From positions 10,679-74,678 of the IMG/VR virus record IMGVR_UViG_3300027743_000002: DNA of 64,000 nt. The stretch is one strand, 5' to 3'. Of the stretch, positions 8,401-18,119 are shown in pieces (the first letter of the stretch is position 1; each line of letters opens with the position of its first letter). The position numbers and the translations under genes are program-made. Under the pieces are notes generated by a model that ran no database searches, was not told where the DNA came from, and worked only from the letters and a program-made list of their open reading frames with translations. Source of the stretch: a virus.

Positions 8401-11128
8401 CCTTAACAGCGAAGCATTGAAGGAATCGGGAGGGCATAAGGGGCGGGCACTTGCTGCGCAAAAACTCACCATCAACCAAGACTACGACTTGATTAGTTTG
8501 GTGAACCGCGCCAAGGCCGCTAAAGGGAGGGATATTACCCCCGCAGAGCGTGAGCGGTACGAAAAGCAGGACGCCGAGATTAAACGACTTACTGAGGAAT
8601 TATCTAAAGCCGAAGAACGAGCCTCAGTTGCTAACTTGCAAAAGCAAGTAGAGCGGGTAGCGCGACGACGCACACGAACTGAGACAAAGGCGACCTTAGA
8701 TGATGAGTTCGTGCTGCTCACCCAAGAGTTTCGCGCCAAGATGCAGGGCGTACAGCCGCTAGGAATTGACCCAACCGCAATTCCTGTGATTGCAAAGATG
8801 GCCCACAACCGCGTGAAGGCGGGAGTTACGGATGTTGCGCAGTTAGTTGACGACATTCACGGAGCAGTGAGCGAGCACTTGCCCGATATAACCAAGCGCG
8901 ATATTCGGGATGCTATCAGCGGTTACGGTATCACCGCTGAACTCAGTCAAGATCAAGTCAAGAAATCGCTGCGTGAGATGAAGTCAATCATGCGGTTAGC
9001 GTCTGCGCTTGAAGATGCGGAAGCAAAACAAAAACCGCTACGGAGTGGCCTGCAACGAGAAGCAGACACGCCGCAAGTTAAGGAACTCCGCCGCCAGTTA
9101 AACGAGAAGTTAAAAGAAGCGGGATTACTTGAACCGCGTGAGCCGTTGCCACCAAAACAAGGGCCAAAACTTTCAGAGGGAACAGGCCCGCGTCAAGGGC
9201 CAACACTCAGAGAAGGAGTTGGGAGAAAACAAGGCCCGCGTGTTACAGACGCACCGCTTCAAGGGCCAAAGGAATCAGATGCACGTCGCTTACCGATGGA
9301 AGGGCCAAAGATTACCGATGCCCCCAAGGTTGGGCCAAAAGAAACGCTTGAGGCAATTAAGAAGCGCGTGAACGTTCAGATTGATGAATACCAACGCCGT
9401 CTTGATGAAGGGGACTTTAGCCCGCGCTCCAAGCAGCCACGACAAGTAATTGACACCCCTGAAACCCGACGACTTAAAGACCAACTCGCAAAGATTAAAA
9501 ACGAGTATGAGCGCGAATTGGAGCGTGATCGGGGGATGTTCTGGCACAACATGTCGGGTATTCGTAAGTCATGGATGCTGAGTGGTATTCGTACTCAAGC
9601 GCGCAATATTGCAGGTACGGCAGGCTATCAAGTGTTTGATGAGATAGCCCGAATGCCCGCAGTGATTGCCGATGCTGCCGTTGCTCCAATCACAGGTCAG
9701 CGTTCGATTGCAATGAGCAATCCGATTGCCATGTTGGACTCGGTAGTAAAGGGAGCGAAGGCGGGAGCAAGAGAATTTAAGGAGACGATGCAATTTGGTG
9801 GAACCCGCGAACAAATGGAGCGGATGCAAATCAAAGAAATTAACACAGGGAGTCAGGCCTTTGACTTGGCTCACAACGTAGTTTTCCGCTTGATGTCGGG
9901 TTCTGACCGCGTGTTCTACAACATTGCTTATGAACGCGCTTTGTTGGATCGCGCCACGGTGCAAGCTAAGAATGAGAAGGCGAGCAACGTACGGGCACGG
10001 GCGAAAGAGATTATGGATACCGCGTCACCGCATGGTGACTTGGTGATGTCGGCAAAGCACGACGCGCTAATCAATACCTTCAACAATAACAACAAGCTGA
10101 GTGACGCTATCAAGCGGGCACGCGGAACTCTTGGCCCCAAGGCGAATTTCGCTATTGATTTGGTGCTTCCCTTTGACCGCACGCCAACAAACGTAGTTAC
10201 GCGCATTCTTGAGGCGGCTCCGGTGAGTGGGCAAGTGATGACTGCGGTACGAGCAGGACAAATGGCGAAAGGGATTATCAATAAATCTCTGACCTTAGAG
10301 CAGCAACGACAGTTTGCGCAAACCTTTGGACGCTCGACAGCGGGCACTGCGTTGGCAGGACTGGGTTGGGCCTTGATGCCAAGCGGAATCATTACCACTG
10401 ACGATTATGGGAACGCTTTCTTGAATGTCGCGGGTAAGCAAATCAATCTGTCTACTATCTCTCCCGCAGGCAATATTATTGCGATGGGCGCAAACATGTG
10501 GAAGGCGGCACACTCGGAAAAAGATCAAGTGCGCAAAGGAATAGGGGCAGTAGCGAAACCTCTCTCTGATATTCCTCTCGTCCGTAGCACAACCGGAATA
10601 ACCGAAGCAGTCAAGAATCCAGCCCGTTCAGGAACTCAATTCGCTGGACATTTAGCAAGTTCTTTTGTTCCCTTTGGCGGACTGCAACGAGACGCGGCAT
10701 TGGTGCTTGACCCTGAAGAATCGCGTAAACCTAAAACCATTGGAGAGACGGTGAAGGCGGGTATCCCGATTCTACGAAACACTCTTGATGTAGATCGTTC
10801 ACCTTTATTTGCGGGGGAAAAGAAAACCACCCCTGCTATTAAAGAGGTACAGCGACTAGGAATGCGGCTTTCGGGGGTGAACCAAAGTCCGAAGGAAAGA
10901 CCGGAACAGTTTGCAGAACGACGTGCTAAGGTTATTCCGGTGATGCAGAAAGAACTCAACACGCTAGTTGAGACTGACGCCTACAAAGCCTTGAACGACA
11001 GAGAAAAGAGAGAAGCCCTACAGAAGAAGTTGGATGATATTCGCAATGACTATGAAAGTCAGCAACCGCGTGGCCCAAGAGAAGCACGCAAACCACGCGA
11101 ACAGAGGGTGCAGAGACAATTCCAATGA
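5432..11128 (+). CDS. large DNA ejection protein with N-terminal lytic transglycosylase (SLT) domain
   Basis: IESG...SSKGAQGFGQVMP...ENIEAGIRYF SLT motifs; 1898 aa, helical, with Gly/Ala-rich hydrophobic segments as in T7/P22 gp16-type proteins. Confidence 0.75.
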   Translation: MPNTPDLTDLFDKPNPRTRVHSIASKAGLPPDIADDYLRLTKIESGHNTNVRDSSKGAQGFGQVMPDVKGGTTRTVGGKRYNLRNADENIEAGIRYFAEGGNDPVARRLHYFGGPKAKQRYERTGKMPNISDGNMTAAQYVKATGGNQKPQSASPDLSDLFDKPSGQTQPATSKQNRVNNLPPTPATTPVSSRQQSVPKQPIQRRGPTNPFDFQRPAPRLEVGAKVGGPQASQGVGDLRRQDERDLARMSRIRGQVTSEQTDAEQQMGRAPNTAQARLFDPKLNVDEEVLKRISQEQDTEKAQADAQAEQQRLIGQFTDADRAEIADFTNHLQGKGGVYSGIRAGIRRGGSSALYKLAGLAEIGNQVAKRTVGESWIPDYLRKKALAGELSVNDIPEDKRNQLAEFLAQSGVGLAELAAAPGSITTKFAGMAGSEALGRNLPAKEVARETAKGAAMGAVQKYGEGLAPASAGRFKRAAVSAPAVGIGSGAVELATGATPREAALSAVTNAAFQGGGEMLRRTPQRRLSEAEAAPKQEVNVPERPETIAAQLAAVQQGTRPAVLVTRGEKQPNTPRGMSAVRTSEGTFYYDPKQVSRETLLAKVKDGTYGEVLGHIEPKSAATTEAVVARAADGTEVQASAVSPENVAKQAEVLQAQHPEATIETGGNELAQKVIQDRVAPEVRGFDDVPLTERERAELDTYFDVESRIPESERVPPKPAKIDILGETEVAPKPLARRELLELTDAELDVRESPVPKGMTRLYRGGVEGNWFSSERDTARFHLDNATGRKPTLRYVDVPTADLAKYDAFEHPRVVSGREQAEAGDYILPKELTAQARDLATETAPTEVAPIEPVVAKPKTPVTETPVTPETPRAATEPREPSTTSARKAQMAQDRAELDLPELDPTERKTWRTTLDNAKERGLDKRGDMLADEVLKKRRALDDEETAGVVLRTQELKNQHNQLLKEIAESKDEVDILRKGAELKLIEDRFDLNSEALKESGGHKGRALAAQKLTINQDYDLISLVNRAKAAKGRDITPAERERYEKQDAEIKRLTEELSKAEERASVANLQKQVERVARRRTRTETKATLDDEFVLLTQEFRAKMQGVQPLGIDPTAIPVIAKMAHNRVKAGVTDVAQLVDDIHGAVSEHLPDITKRDIRDAISGYGITAELSQDQVKKSLREMKSIMRLASALEDAEAKQKPLRSGLQREADTPQVKELRRQLNEKLKEAGLLEPREPLPPKQGPKLSEGTGPRQGPTLREGVGRKQGPRVTDAPLQGPKESDARRLPMEGPKITDAPKVGPKETLEAIKKRVNVQIDEYQRRLDEGDFSPRSKQPRQVIDTPETRRLKDQLAKIKNEYERELERDRGMFWHNMSGIRKSWMLSGIRTQARNIAGTAGYQVFDEIARMPAVIADAAVAPITGQRSIAMSNPIAMLDSVVKGAKAGAREFKETMQFGGTREQMERMQIKEINTGSQAFDLAHNVVFRLMSGSDRVFYNIAYERALLDRATVQAKNEKASNVRARAKEIMDTASPHGDLVMSAKHDALINTFNNNNKLSDAIKRARGTLGPKANFAIDLVLPFDRTPTNVVTRILEAAPVSGQVMTAVRAGQMAKGIINKSLTLEQQRQFAQTFGRSTAGTALAGLGWALMPSGIITTDDYGNAFLNVAGKQINLSTISPAGNIIAMGANMWKAAHSEKDQVRKGIGAVAKPLSDIPLVRSTTGITEAVKNPARSGTQFAGHLASSFVPFGGLQRDAALVLDPEESRKPKTIGETVKAGIPILRNTLDVDRSPLFAGEKKTTPAIKEVQRLGMRLSGVNQSPKERPEQFAERRAKVIPVMQKELNTLVETDAYKALNDREKREALQKKLDDIRNDYESQQPRGPREARKPREQRVQRQFQ

Positions 11129-11253
11129 TGAGGAATTCTGACACAGAAAGTGCGTTCGTTGGTACAATCCGAATGAAATGGCTCACCCGCATCGTTTTGT
11201 CGCTACGCCGTTATACATGGGAATGGGGTGTTCGTAAGGGTCTAGGAGAATAA

Positions 11254-11493
11254 ATGCCGAACAATTACTTTCGTGATCCACAGTCGCCCTTTAGCGCACC
11301 ACAAATGGAGATGCCTGAATGGGTACAGATGCCAGAGTCCGAAACGCCCGACATGAGCGGGGTATTTCAAGGGCTGAAGGAGCGAATGCAAGGTGGCGGT
11401 AAGGCTAATTCCGCGCCTATGACAGTTTCGGGTAAAGCGATGCCTTCAATGTCGGGTAAAGCGGGCGGAAGTGGAGGGGGCGCGTCACTTTGA
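11254..11493 (+). CDS. small Met/Gly-rich virion-region protein
   Basis: RBS aggag upstream; TTGA overlap with next gene. Confidence 0.55.
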   Translation: MPNNYFRDPQSPFSAPQMEMPEWVQMPESETPDMSGVFQGLKERMQGGGKANSAPMTVSGKAMPSMSGKAGGSGGGASL

Positions 11494-12182
11494 GCCTCAC
11501 AAGCAATATCATTGTTCGCCAAGCCTATGTCCGCATCGGGGCGTTTGAAGGGAACGCGTCTCAAATTGCCACAGACTACGCTAGTGATGCCGCGCTTGCC
11601 GATGCGAACACAGAATCCTTTCCACTTCAATCCATGTACGACATCTTGGTTGGAGTAGAGAATGAAATGGCTACGGCGGTAGCAATGAATGTCAATAACA
11701 CCTTGAGAAACGTGCTTGGCGACATAGTTACAGTAACTTCGGGTAGTTTAATTCCCGCAATCAGTGATGCAGACTTGCCGATTATCGGAGAGTGGGGCCA
11801 AGTAAGAACCGCCGCAGGAATCGAACTCACTCCCGCCTTGCATGAGGATGAGATTAGAGCCATTGTCAATGGCCCATCAGGATTATTCAAGACGAATTAT
11901 TACAGTTACGCACTTAGACCACCACGCATTTACGCGACTCAAACAACCCTTGAAATTGATGTTTGTGTGTTTGACATCGACGCGAGACAAACTGCCATTA
12001 ACGCGAACGAAGATTTACTATTCCAGCAGATGCAGAACGCTTATTTCAGTGGAGTGATGGCGAACCTGAAGAATGAAGACCCTGCGTATACGTCATTAAG
12101 CAACGAATATGCGCCTGCTTATCAGGCATGGTTGGTGGCCCAACAGCCACCTCGTGATGTTGTTGGTCAAGCTGCCGCATGA
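11490..12182 (+). CDS. putative head-tail adaptor
   Basis: 230 aa with predicted helix-strand-helix layout, placed before the nozzle-like gene. Confidence 0.5.
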   Translation: MSLTSNIIVRQAYVRIGAFEGNASQIATDYASDAALADANTESFPLQSMYDILVGVENEMATAVAMNVNNTLRNVLGDIVTVTSGSLIPAISDADLPIIGEWGQVRTAAGIELTPALHEDEIRAIVNGPSGLFKTNYYSYALRPPRIYATQTTLEIDVCVFDIDARQTAINANEDLLFQQMQNAYFSGVMANLKNEDPAYTSLSNEYAPAYQAWLVAQQPPRDVVGQAAA

Positions 12183-12733
12183 GCCAAACTTATTCATACA
12201 TCCGTGAACAAGTAGTGCAGGGAGTCATTCGTGGCTCGCTTGCTAACCCGATTTCTCTAGATCGCATTCGCGCCCAATTTGACGCTGCTTTCTTTTCCAT
12301 CAACTCGACTGTGGCTCAGACTTATGCAGCCCAAGAGAGCCGCCGCGAACTCTTACGTGTCGCTACGACTCTGACTTTCACGGCGGGAGATGCAGACCTT
12401 CCCGAAGCAGTGCTTAAGGGCTACATCGAAGATGCAACCTTCACAGTGACGGGAAAGAAGTATTCATATCGCAGGTATCCCGATTGGTTACGTGGTGGCG
12501 ATCCGCGCTTGGGAATGTGGACGCAAATAGGGGAAACACTCAAAGCCAAGACCCCAACTCCGGTGATTGCTTTAACGGGGGACGTGGAATTTAGTTCGAT
12601 TTGCTCTCCTGCAATTCCTTCGACTGAATCGGCTACTTACGTTGCGCCGGATGACTTTTACCCTGATTTTGTGAACGCAATGGTGCAGTACATCATTGGT
12701 CAAACGATGGAAACAGCGGCACAGACCGCGTAG
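12179..12733 (+). CDS. putative head-tail adaptor (second)
   Basis: 184 aa, ATGA overlap, similar layout to the preceding gene. Confidence 0.5.
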   Translation: MSQTYSYIREQVVQGVIRGSLANPISLDRIRAQFDAAFFSINSTVAQTYAAQESRRELLRVATTLTFTAGDADLPEAVLKGYIEDATFTVTGKKYSYRRYPDWLRGGDPRLGMWTQIGETLKAKTPTPVIALTGDVEFSSICSPAIPSTESATYVAPDDFYPDFVNAMVQYIIGQTMETAAQTA

Positions 12734-12740
12734 AAAATGA

Positions 12741-14813
12741 ATGAGCCTAGACCCCATAATTCTCGGCGCGGCACCCTACCATCCAACAAGTCCGCGCAGT
12801 GGTGTGTCAGGACGAACGCTGCTCAGGATGCAAAATCTCATTCTCAGTGGCGCAGACGAGAATATCTACCTGCAAGTCTATAAAGGCTCCCTCGACTTAG
12901 AAGAAACAATCCCAGGTTTAGACATCACAGGCACCGTCAGTGCTGCTGCGGGTGAGACCACCATTGAAGGTGTAGGGACTCTTTTCACTACCGAACTCCA
13001 AACCGGACAAGGTTTTTGGGCTGGTGATAGTCCCTTAGTAGTCAATCGAGTGATTGACGATACTCACCTGACAGTGTGGGTTGGGCCACTAACAACTCTG
13101 GCAGGCGCGACTGCTACCCGAATGCCCGTGCTGTTCACGGTGAACACGCAGCGGGGCACTCTCAGTGCTCGTGGTAACGCCTTAGAATCCGACTCAGGAA
13201 CTATCTTCGCAACGGGTGTGGGAACGCTTTTAATTGACGGACAGCCCTTACAAGGCTCGTCAATGGTGCTCACAGGGAGTCCCGCAGTAGCAATCTTCGA
13301 CCCCACCACAGGAAACTATGCAGTCTATCCGGTAGGCTTTGATGTGCCAACTCCCGCTCCTGTTTTGGGTGATGTGATTGGCGGCGAGCAAGGCATGGTA
13401 GCGGGTGATTACAGCGTTCGCTTGACTGCGGCAAGTTCAATCACTGAAGGAGAAAGTAATCCTGGGGTGAGGGCGAATGTCAGTCTCTCATCGGATGGCG
13501 ATCAAATTGAGGTAGACATTTCGGGAGTTACCTTCGACACGGCAGCAGGGGTAGATCAAGTTAATGCCTACGCGACTCAGTTGAATGTCGTGAACGTCAA
13601 TCAAGGCCCGTGGAACTTTGTGCTGAGTCACTTATTAGCCGATGGTAATACCTTTAACCTTGATTACTTGAACGCCGCTATTGCCCGACAGGGAGAACTT
13701 GAGTTTGATAACGACGCGCCTCCTGATGCGGGCTTTGTGGCTACACTTCAGAGTTACATCCAATGGGTAAGTTGCTATGGCAAGTGGGGTGGGCCTCCTG
13801 GCCCCGTATTAGTTCCTGCGAAGCCAAACAACATCGAAGCGGCTCCTGCTAATTGGGTAGTTACCTCATCGCCTCCCGATACAATTCTTGATGTAGTGAC
13901 TTCTCAAGCAAGACTCTATTTCCCTTGCCACAATTCTCTACAACAAGGTGTGTACGCGCCAACAGGTGATCCATTAGTTCCGCCAACTCAGATTCGCGCC
14001 TTCTGGAGTTTAGGGTTCTCTAGTTTTCAGCAGTTGGTATTTGCCCAAGATTTGTTAGTGGGTTATTCGCATGGTGGGCCAACTCGTTCATCGGCCAATG
14101 TGGAGATTGTCAACACTCAGTTTCTTGGTGCCCAAGTCGCGGAAATTATTCAGAATTGGGAGAGTGCATACGTTAAGGTGGGTTGGGACTCTGACCCGAT
14201 GGTCAATGCCATTTGTTTCTTCCAACCTGCCATTAGACAGAACGACGATGGTTGGTGGGAAACGGATGTTTTGATATGGGGGCTAAATTCTGTGGATTGG
14301 ATTGGGGCTGTAACTCTTACCGATCCAGATCGGGACATGGTTGTTTGCAGCGTGTCTAACGTGAATAACGTGCTCACGTTTCTAGCAGGCGGTAGAGTTG
14401 ATGATGTTGGAACCCTTCGGTTTGATACCTTTGAGTGGAATAAGATTTCAGGAGAAGAAGTGCCATATTATGCCGCTTGGCAACTCAATGCTTGCGGATT
14501 ATTAGATCAAAATAAAACCATTCGAGCAGCGAGGGCGAGCGGCAAGTTTACGAATGGATCGTTAGACCTATACGGTTTTGATAGTGAAACTCCCGTGGAT
14601 TTAAGCATTATAGAGGACGGAACTAATGCTCAAGTATCCATCAATTTAGGAACCACTACCGACGTAGAAACTACGATACGCGCCCGCGTGAATGCGCCTA
14701 GTAACTTCATGGTGACAGCTAGGATTTCCGGAACTTACAACGGTACGGATGAAATAGTTGACCGCATCGGGGGTTGTGTATTAGAGGTCATGCCCCAAGG
14801 CCCGCGCCGTTAA
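12741..14813 (+). CDS. putative tail nozzle/stabilisation protein (P22 gp10/T7 gp12-like)
   Basis: 690 aa, acidic and beta-rich, follows the adaptor-like genes. Confidence 0.55.
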   Translation: MSLDPIILGAAPYHPTSPRSGVSGRTLLRMQNLILSGADENIYLQVYKGSLDLEETIPGLDITGTVSAAAGETTIEGVGTLFTTELQTGQGFWAGDSPLVVNRVIDDTHLTVWVGPLTTLAGATATRMPVLFTVNTQRGTLSARGNALESDSGTIFATGVGTLLIDGQPLQGSSMVLTGSPAVAIFDPTTGNYAVYPVGFDVPTPAPVLGDVIGGEQGMVAGDYSVRLTAASSITEGESNPGVRANVSLSSDGDQIEVDISGVTFDTAAGVDQVNAYATQLNVVNVNQGPWNFVLSHLLADGNTFNLDYLNAAIARQGELEFDNDAPPDAGFVATLQSYIQWVSCYGKWGGPPGPVLVPAKPNNIEAAPANWVVTSSPPDTILDVVTSQARLYFPCHNSLQQGVYAPTGDPLVPPTQIRAFWSLGFSSFQQLVFAQDLLVGYSHGGPTRSSANVEIVNTQFLGAQVAEIIQNWESAYVKVGWDSDPMVNAICFFQPAIRQNDDGWWETDVLIWGLNSVDWIGAVTLTDPDRDMVVCSVSNVNNVLTFLAGGRVDDVGTLRFDTFEWNKISGEEVPYYAAWQLNACGLLDQNKTIRAARASGKFTNGSLDLYGFDSETPVDLSIIEDGTNAQVSINLGTTTDVETTIRARVNAPSNFMVTARISGTYNGTDEIVDRIGGCVLEVMPQGPRR

Positions 14814-15323
14814 TTTTCTTTGATGGTATGCACGTCGAGCATTAGCGTTGATTATTTCACGACGTTCAGTTTCACTTTGTTTAATACAGATGAGACATTG
14901 GCGCATTCCGCGTCGCACTTGTAGATTTCTGCCGCTTAAAGGATGTCCCCTTTTGCAGTGAGTTTTACGAGCATTTTTCGCAGCCGCACCACTACCACGC
15001 AATACATTGATGCGCGTTGACGTAAATTCTAAATGGAGAGGATTGCAGCACGCTCGGCGGCGACACAGATGATCTATTCCATTTGTATTGGCAGGTTGTC
15101 CTTTAGGAATTGCGTGTACAAGCCATGCGAACATAAGTCGATGTACACGTTGTTGATAGCCGTACCATCCCGTAACTCCGTATCCATCGGGGTCACGAGC
15201 CGCGCACCAAATCCAACATGGGGTGTCATCCCAAAGCAAGTCTGGATGGATTGTAATTTTAGAAAAGAGCCGAATTAACTCTTTGGTGGAAAGATGATTA
15301 ACAGTAAGATACTCGACAGGCAT
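14781..15323 (-). CDS. HNH homing endonuclease
   Basis: CWIW...DGYG...HRL...IDHLCRRRACCNPLHL...N core and C-terminal KTHCKRGH...CLIC Zn domain; antisense to the virion operon. Confidence 0.9.
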   Translation of the reverse strand: MPVEYLTVNHLSTKELIRLFSKITIHPDLLWDDTPCWIWCAARDPDGYGVTGWYGYQQRVHRLMFAWLVHAIPKGQPANTNGIDHLCRRRACCNPLHLEFTSTRINVLRGSGAAAKNARKTHCKRGHPLSGRNLQVRRGMRQCLICIKQSETERREIINANARRAYHQRKLTARALGHDL

Positions 15324-15325
15324 GG

Positions 15326-15397
15326 TCTGAACGTCCTTTCAGATTATTGGGTTGGATAGGTGCGACAAACATCTATCCAATTCGCCTAATTATAGCA
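15326..15397 (-). promoter_or_regulatory. extended -10 promoter and structured leader of the HNH gene
   Basis: TGCTATAAT (15397-15389); leader hairpins ttggatag/ctatccaa and tctgaa-aggacg-ttcaga, the second enclosing the AGGA RBS. Confidence 0.6.
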
Positions 15398-15412
15398 TGA
15401 GAGATTGATATT

Positions 15413-15850
15413 ATGGCGACTTTATCAGAAGGCATTGATAGTCCCGCGATAGAGCAAGACCCTAGTATCGCGCAAATACAGGCAGCGCAATATGGTGCTC
15501 AGTTAGCGCAGACGCAAGTGAGTTTGCCCGCTACAGGTTTCGTAGCGGAGATCAACGGTGAAGATGGGGCAGTCACGATCCAGCCTGGGACGAGTTCGAT
15601 CACCACAGGTGCTCCTGATGTAGATGTAGCAGTTACGAATGGACTCGGAACTATCTCAATCGGGGTGGACGTGAAGTTGTATGCAGCCGCGCTTGCCAAG
15701 AGCAATACTGCGATAATTGCGCCGACCGTGAACGACGATTCAGGAGACGGTTTCAGCCTTTTCAGCACTTGGATAGACACAGTGTTAGGGGATGTTTATA
15801 TGGCAGTAGATGTTACCGTAGGCGCAGCCGTGTGGAGAAAACTGAACTGA
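15413..15850 (+). CDS. tail-associated structural protein
   Basis: Fibre-like C-terminal motif APTVNDDSGDGFSLFSTWIDT...GAAVW. Confidence 0.6.
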   Translation: MATLSEGIDSPAIEQDPSIAQIQAAQYGAQLAQTQVSLPATGFVAEINGEDGAVTIQPGTSSITTGAPDVDVAVTNGLGTISIGVDVKLYAAALAKSNTAIIAPTVNDDSGDGFSLFSTWIDTVLGDVYMAVDVTVGAAVWRKLN

Positions 15851-15859
15851 GGTGAACTT

Positions 15860-16189
15860 ATGGTAGGTAACTGGAATCCTTCAATAACTAGGGGCGGTGG
15901 TTGGACGCGCACACTGACGTTCACTCAATCAGGAGCCGTTTTTAGTCTCGTGGACTACGAAGCTGAGATGACCCTAACCCCTGGGACGGGCACGACAGTT
16001 ACGCTCTCGACCGACAACGGGAAACTCACGATTAACGGAGCAGCGGGAACCTTAACGACTGAACTCACTGCTGCTGAAGTTGCTGCTATTGATTGGTCGC
16101 AGGGCGTAGTGCAATCAGTCTTGACCGTCATTTCCCCTGAAGATACAGGTGAAGCAATCGAACTAACTGGAATCGCCAACCTTGTCTGA
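15860..16189 (+). CDS. small beta-sandwich fibre-adaptor-like protein
   Basis: 109 aa, Thr-rich beta pattern (TLSTDNGKLTINGAAGTLTTELTAAE). Confidence 0.55.
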   Translation: MVGNWNPSITRGGGWTRTLTFTQSGAVFSLVDYEAEMTLTPGTGTTVTLSTDNGKLTINGAAGTLTTELTAAEVAAIDWSQGVVQSVLTVISPEDTGEAIELTGIANLV

Positions 16190-16709
16190 ACTTCGCGTCA
16201 CCGTCAACGAGCCTATCGTCAAAGTTACCACTACTGGTGACGAAGTAAATGTACGCATTAACGAAGAACCCATTCGAGTTTTTGAAGGCGTAGTTGGACT
16301 CTCCGGTTACTCCGGTTACTCTGGCGCATCTCCTGGGGTCAGCGGGTTTAGTGGTTATTCCGGCAAGTCGGGATTCTCTGCTTATTCAGGCTACAGTGGA
16401 ACGTCGGGGGCACCTGGGGGTGATTCAGGTTATTCAGGCTATTCGGGCAGGTCGGGGTTTTCAGGTAGGTCAGGCTTCTCAGGTGAAGGGTTTTCTGGTT
16501 ATAGTGGCAAGTCGGGTTTTACAGGCATTTCCGGTTTCTCTGGATACAGTGGGCGCAGTGCATTTTCAGGCTACTCAGGAGCCAACCCTGGAGCGTCAGG
16601 TTTCAGCGGTTATTCCGGTACAACTGCTGGTTTTACTGGCACATTCACGGTAAATGGTGGGGCAAATACCGCCAACGTCACCAATGGTTTAATCACAAGT
16701 GTTACTTAA
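16182..16709 (+). CDS. (Gly-X-Ser)n repeat protein 1
   Basis: About 115 aa of SGYSG/SGFSG repeats between short beta-rich ends. Confidence 0.85.
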   Translation: MSELRVTVNEPIVKVTTTGDEVNVRINEEPIRVFEGVVGLSGYSGYSGASPGVSGFSGYSGKSGFSAYSGYSGTSGAPGGDSGYSGYSGRSGFSGRSGFSGEGFSGYSGKSGFTGISGFSGYSGRSAFSGYSGANPGASGFSGYSGTTAGFTGTFTVNGGANTANVTNGLITSVT

Positions 16710-16745
16710 GGGATTTTGAGAGAGATGAGTATGTCAATTTAATCT

Positions 16746-18116
16746 ATGCCGATTTCTTCTCGCTCCCCCAATCGCGTTACCGTCACCGAAGACTATGCCG
16801 TTAAATACACGGATGATTACGTCACTTTTCAGATAGCCGCCGATAAAACGGCTTCTTTACCTCACGCCTCACAATGTCAGTTAGGTTACTTCCAGAAAAT
16901 CATTATCAATCAATTTGGGCTGAGTAGTTCAGTCGCCATAGTTCCGCAAGATGGTGACACGTTTGAAGGGGTGAGTTCACTCACTTCTGGTCAATGCGTG
17001 ACCTTAACTAGCGATGGTATATCGAAGTGGTCAAGCGTGTTGGGTCTTTATATCGGAACGACGATGGTGGGCATTTCTGGCTTCTCTGGCCCACAAGGAA
17101 TGAGTGGTTGGAGTGGTTATTCCGGCGCGTCAGGCGCAGGCGGTACGGGGCCAGCGGGCGTCTCAGGCTACTCCGGTTTTAGTGGTGGAGGGGTCAGCGG
17201 CTTTAGTGGATTCTCTGGCGCGGGAAGCAGTGGGTTTTCAGGCTACAGCGGCACATCGGGGTTCTCTGGATATTCTGGAAGGTCAGGATTTAGTGGTACG
17301 AATGGTTCCAATGGAGTGAGTGGTTTCAGCGGCTATTCAGCAGTTGGTACATCGGGATTTTCGGGCTTCTCAGGTAGTGCAGGTAGCACGGGGAACACGG
17401 GGACTTCTGGATTCAGTGGATACTCAGGATATTCTGGCTTCTCTGGCTTGAACGGTTCAACGGGACAAACTGGATCGGCAGGCACGAGCGGTTTCAGCGG
17501 GTATAGTGGCAATAACGGCGCAGCAGGAGCAGGAGGCGCATCGGGCTTCAGTGGTTACAGCGCAGTCGGTTCATCTGGTTTTAGCGGTTATAGCGGACTA
17601 CCAAGCGCAAGTGGCTTTAGCGGTTATTCGGGGGTGAGCGGATTTTCCGGTTACAGCGGAATCAGCGGAGTCAATGGCACATCGCCTGCTTATGCTCGCG
17701 TGACGGTGGCAGATGCAACCACAACGGGCCAAGCGTTAGTAGACATTGCGGGGCTTTCCATTGCGTTGTCTGCGAATGCGGTTTATGAGTATCAAGCCGT
17801 GCTTTCAGTGCTCACATCTGCTGTTACTACGGGTGTGCAATATGGAGTAAACTACAGTGTCGCAGGTGGCGCGGTTGAAGGACAACTTATTGGATCATCG
17901 ACTGCCACAGCGACTAAATCAGAGCGAGTGAGCGCGTTGAATACCGCATCAGGGACTTATCTAACGACTTCGGGGCAAAATGGTCAAGTGTTGATGAAAG
18001 GGATCGTGACCACGGGAGTCAATGCGGGGAATTTGACCATCAAGCATTTGAAAGTTTCGAGCGGAACCGCAACTTGTAGAATCAATTCATTCTTAAAGGT
18101 GACAAGAATCAGTTAA
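16746..18116 (+). CDS. (Gly-X-Ser)n repeat fibre protein 2
   Basis: N-terminal SLP...GDT..G...SDG..W module, about 200 aa of SGFSGYSG repeats, C-terminal beta-sandwich-like tip. Confidence 0.85.
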   Translation: MPISSRSPNRVTVTEDYAVKYTDDYVTFQIAADKTASLPHASQCQLGYFQKIIINQFGLSSSVAIVPQDGDTFEGVSSLTSGQCVTLTSDGISKWSSVLGLYIGTTMVGISGFSGPQGMSGWSGYSGASGAGGTGPAGVSGYSGFSGGGVSGFSGFSGAGSSGFSGYSGTSGFSGYSGRSGFSGTNGSNGVSGFSGYSAVGTSGFSGFSGSAGSTGNTGTSGFSGYSGYSGFSGLNGSTGQTGSAGTSGFSGYSGNNGAAGAGGASGFSGYSAVGSSGFSGYSGLPSASGFSGYSGVSGFSGYSGISGVNGTSPAYARVTVADATTTGQALVDIAGLSIALSANAVYEYQAVLSVLTSAVTTGVQYGVNYSVAGGAVEGQLIGSSTATATKSERVSALNTASGTYLTTSGQNGQVLMKGIVTTGVNAGNLTIKHLKVSSGTATCRINSFLKVTRIS

Positions 18117-18119
18117 TTT

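Noticed and set aside
16296-17680. DNA tandem repeat or contingency locus in the SG tracts
   Set aside because: The repetition is at the protein level and the codons are heterogeneous.
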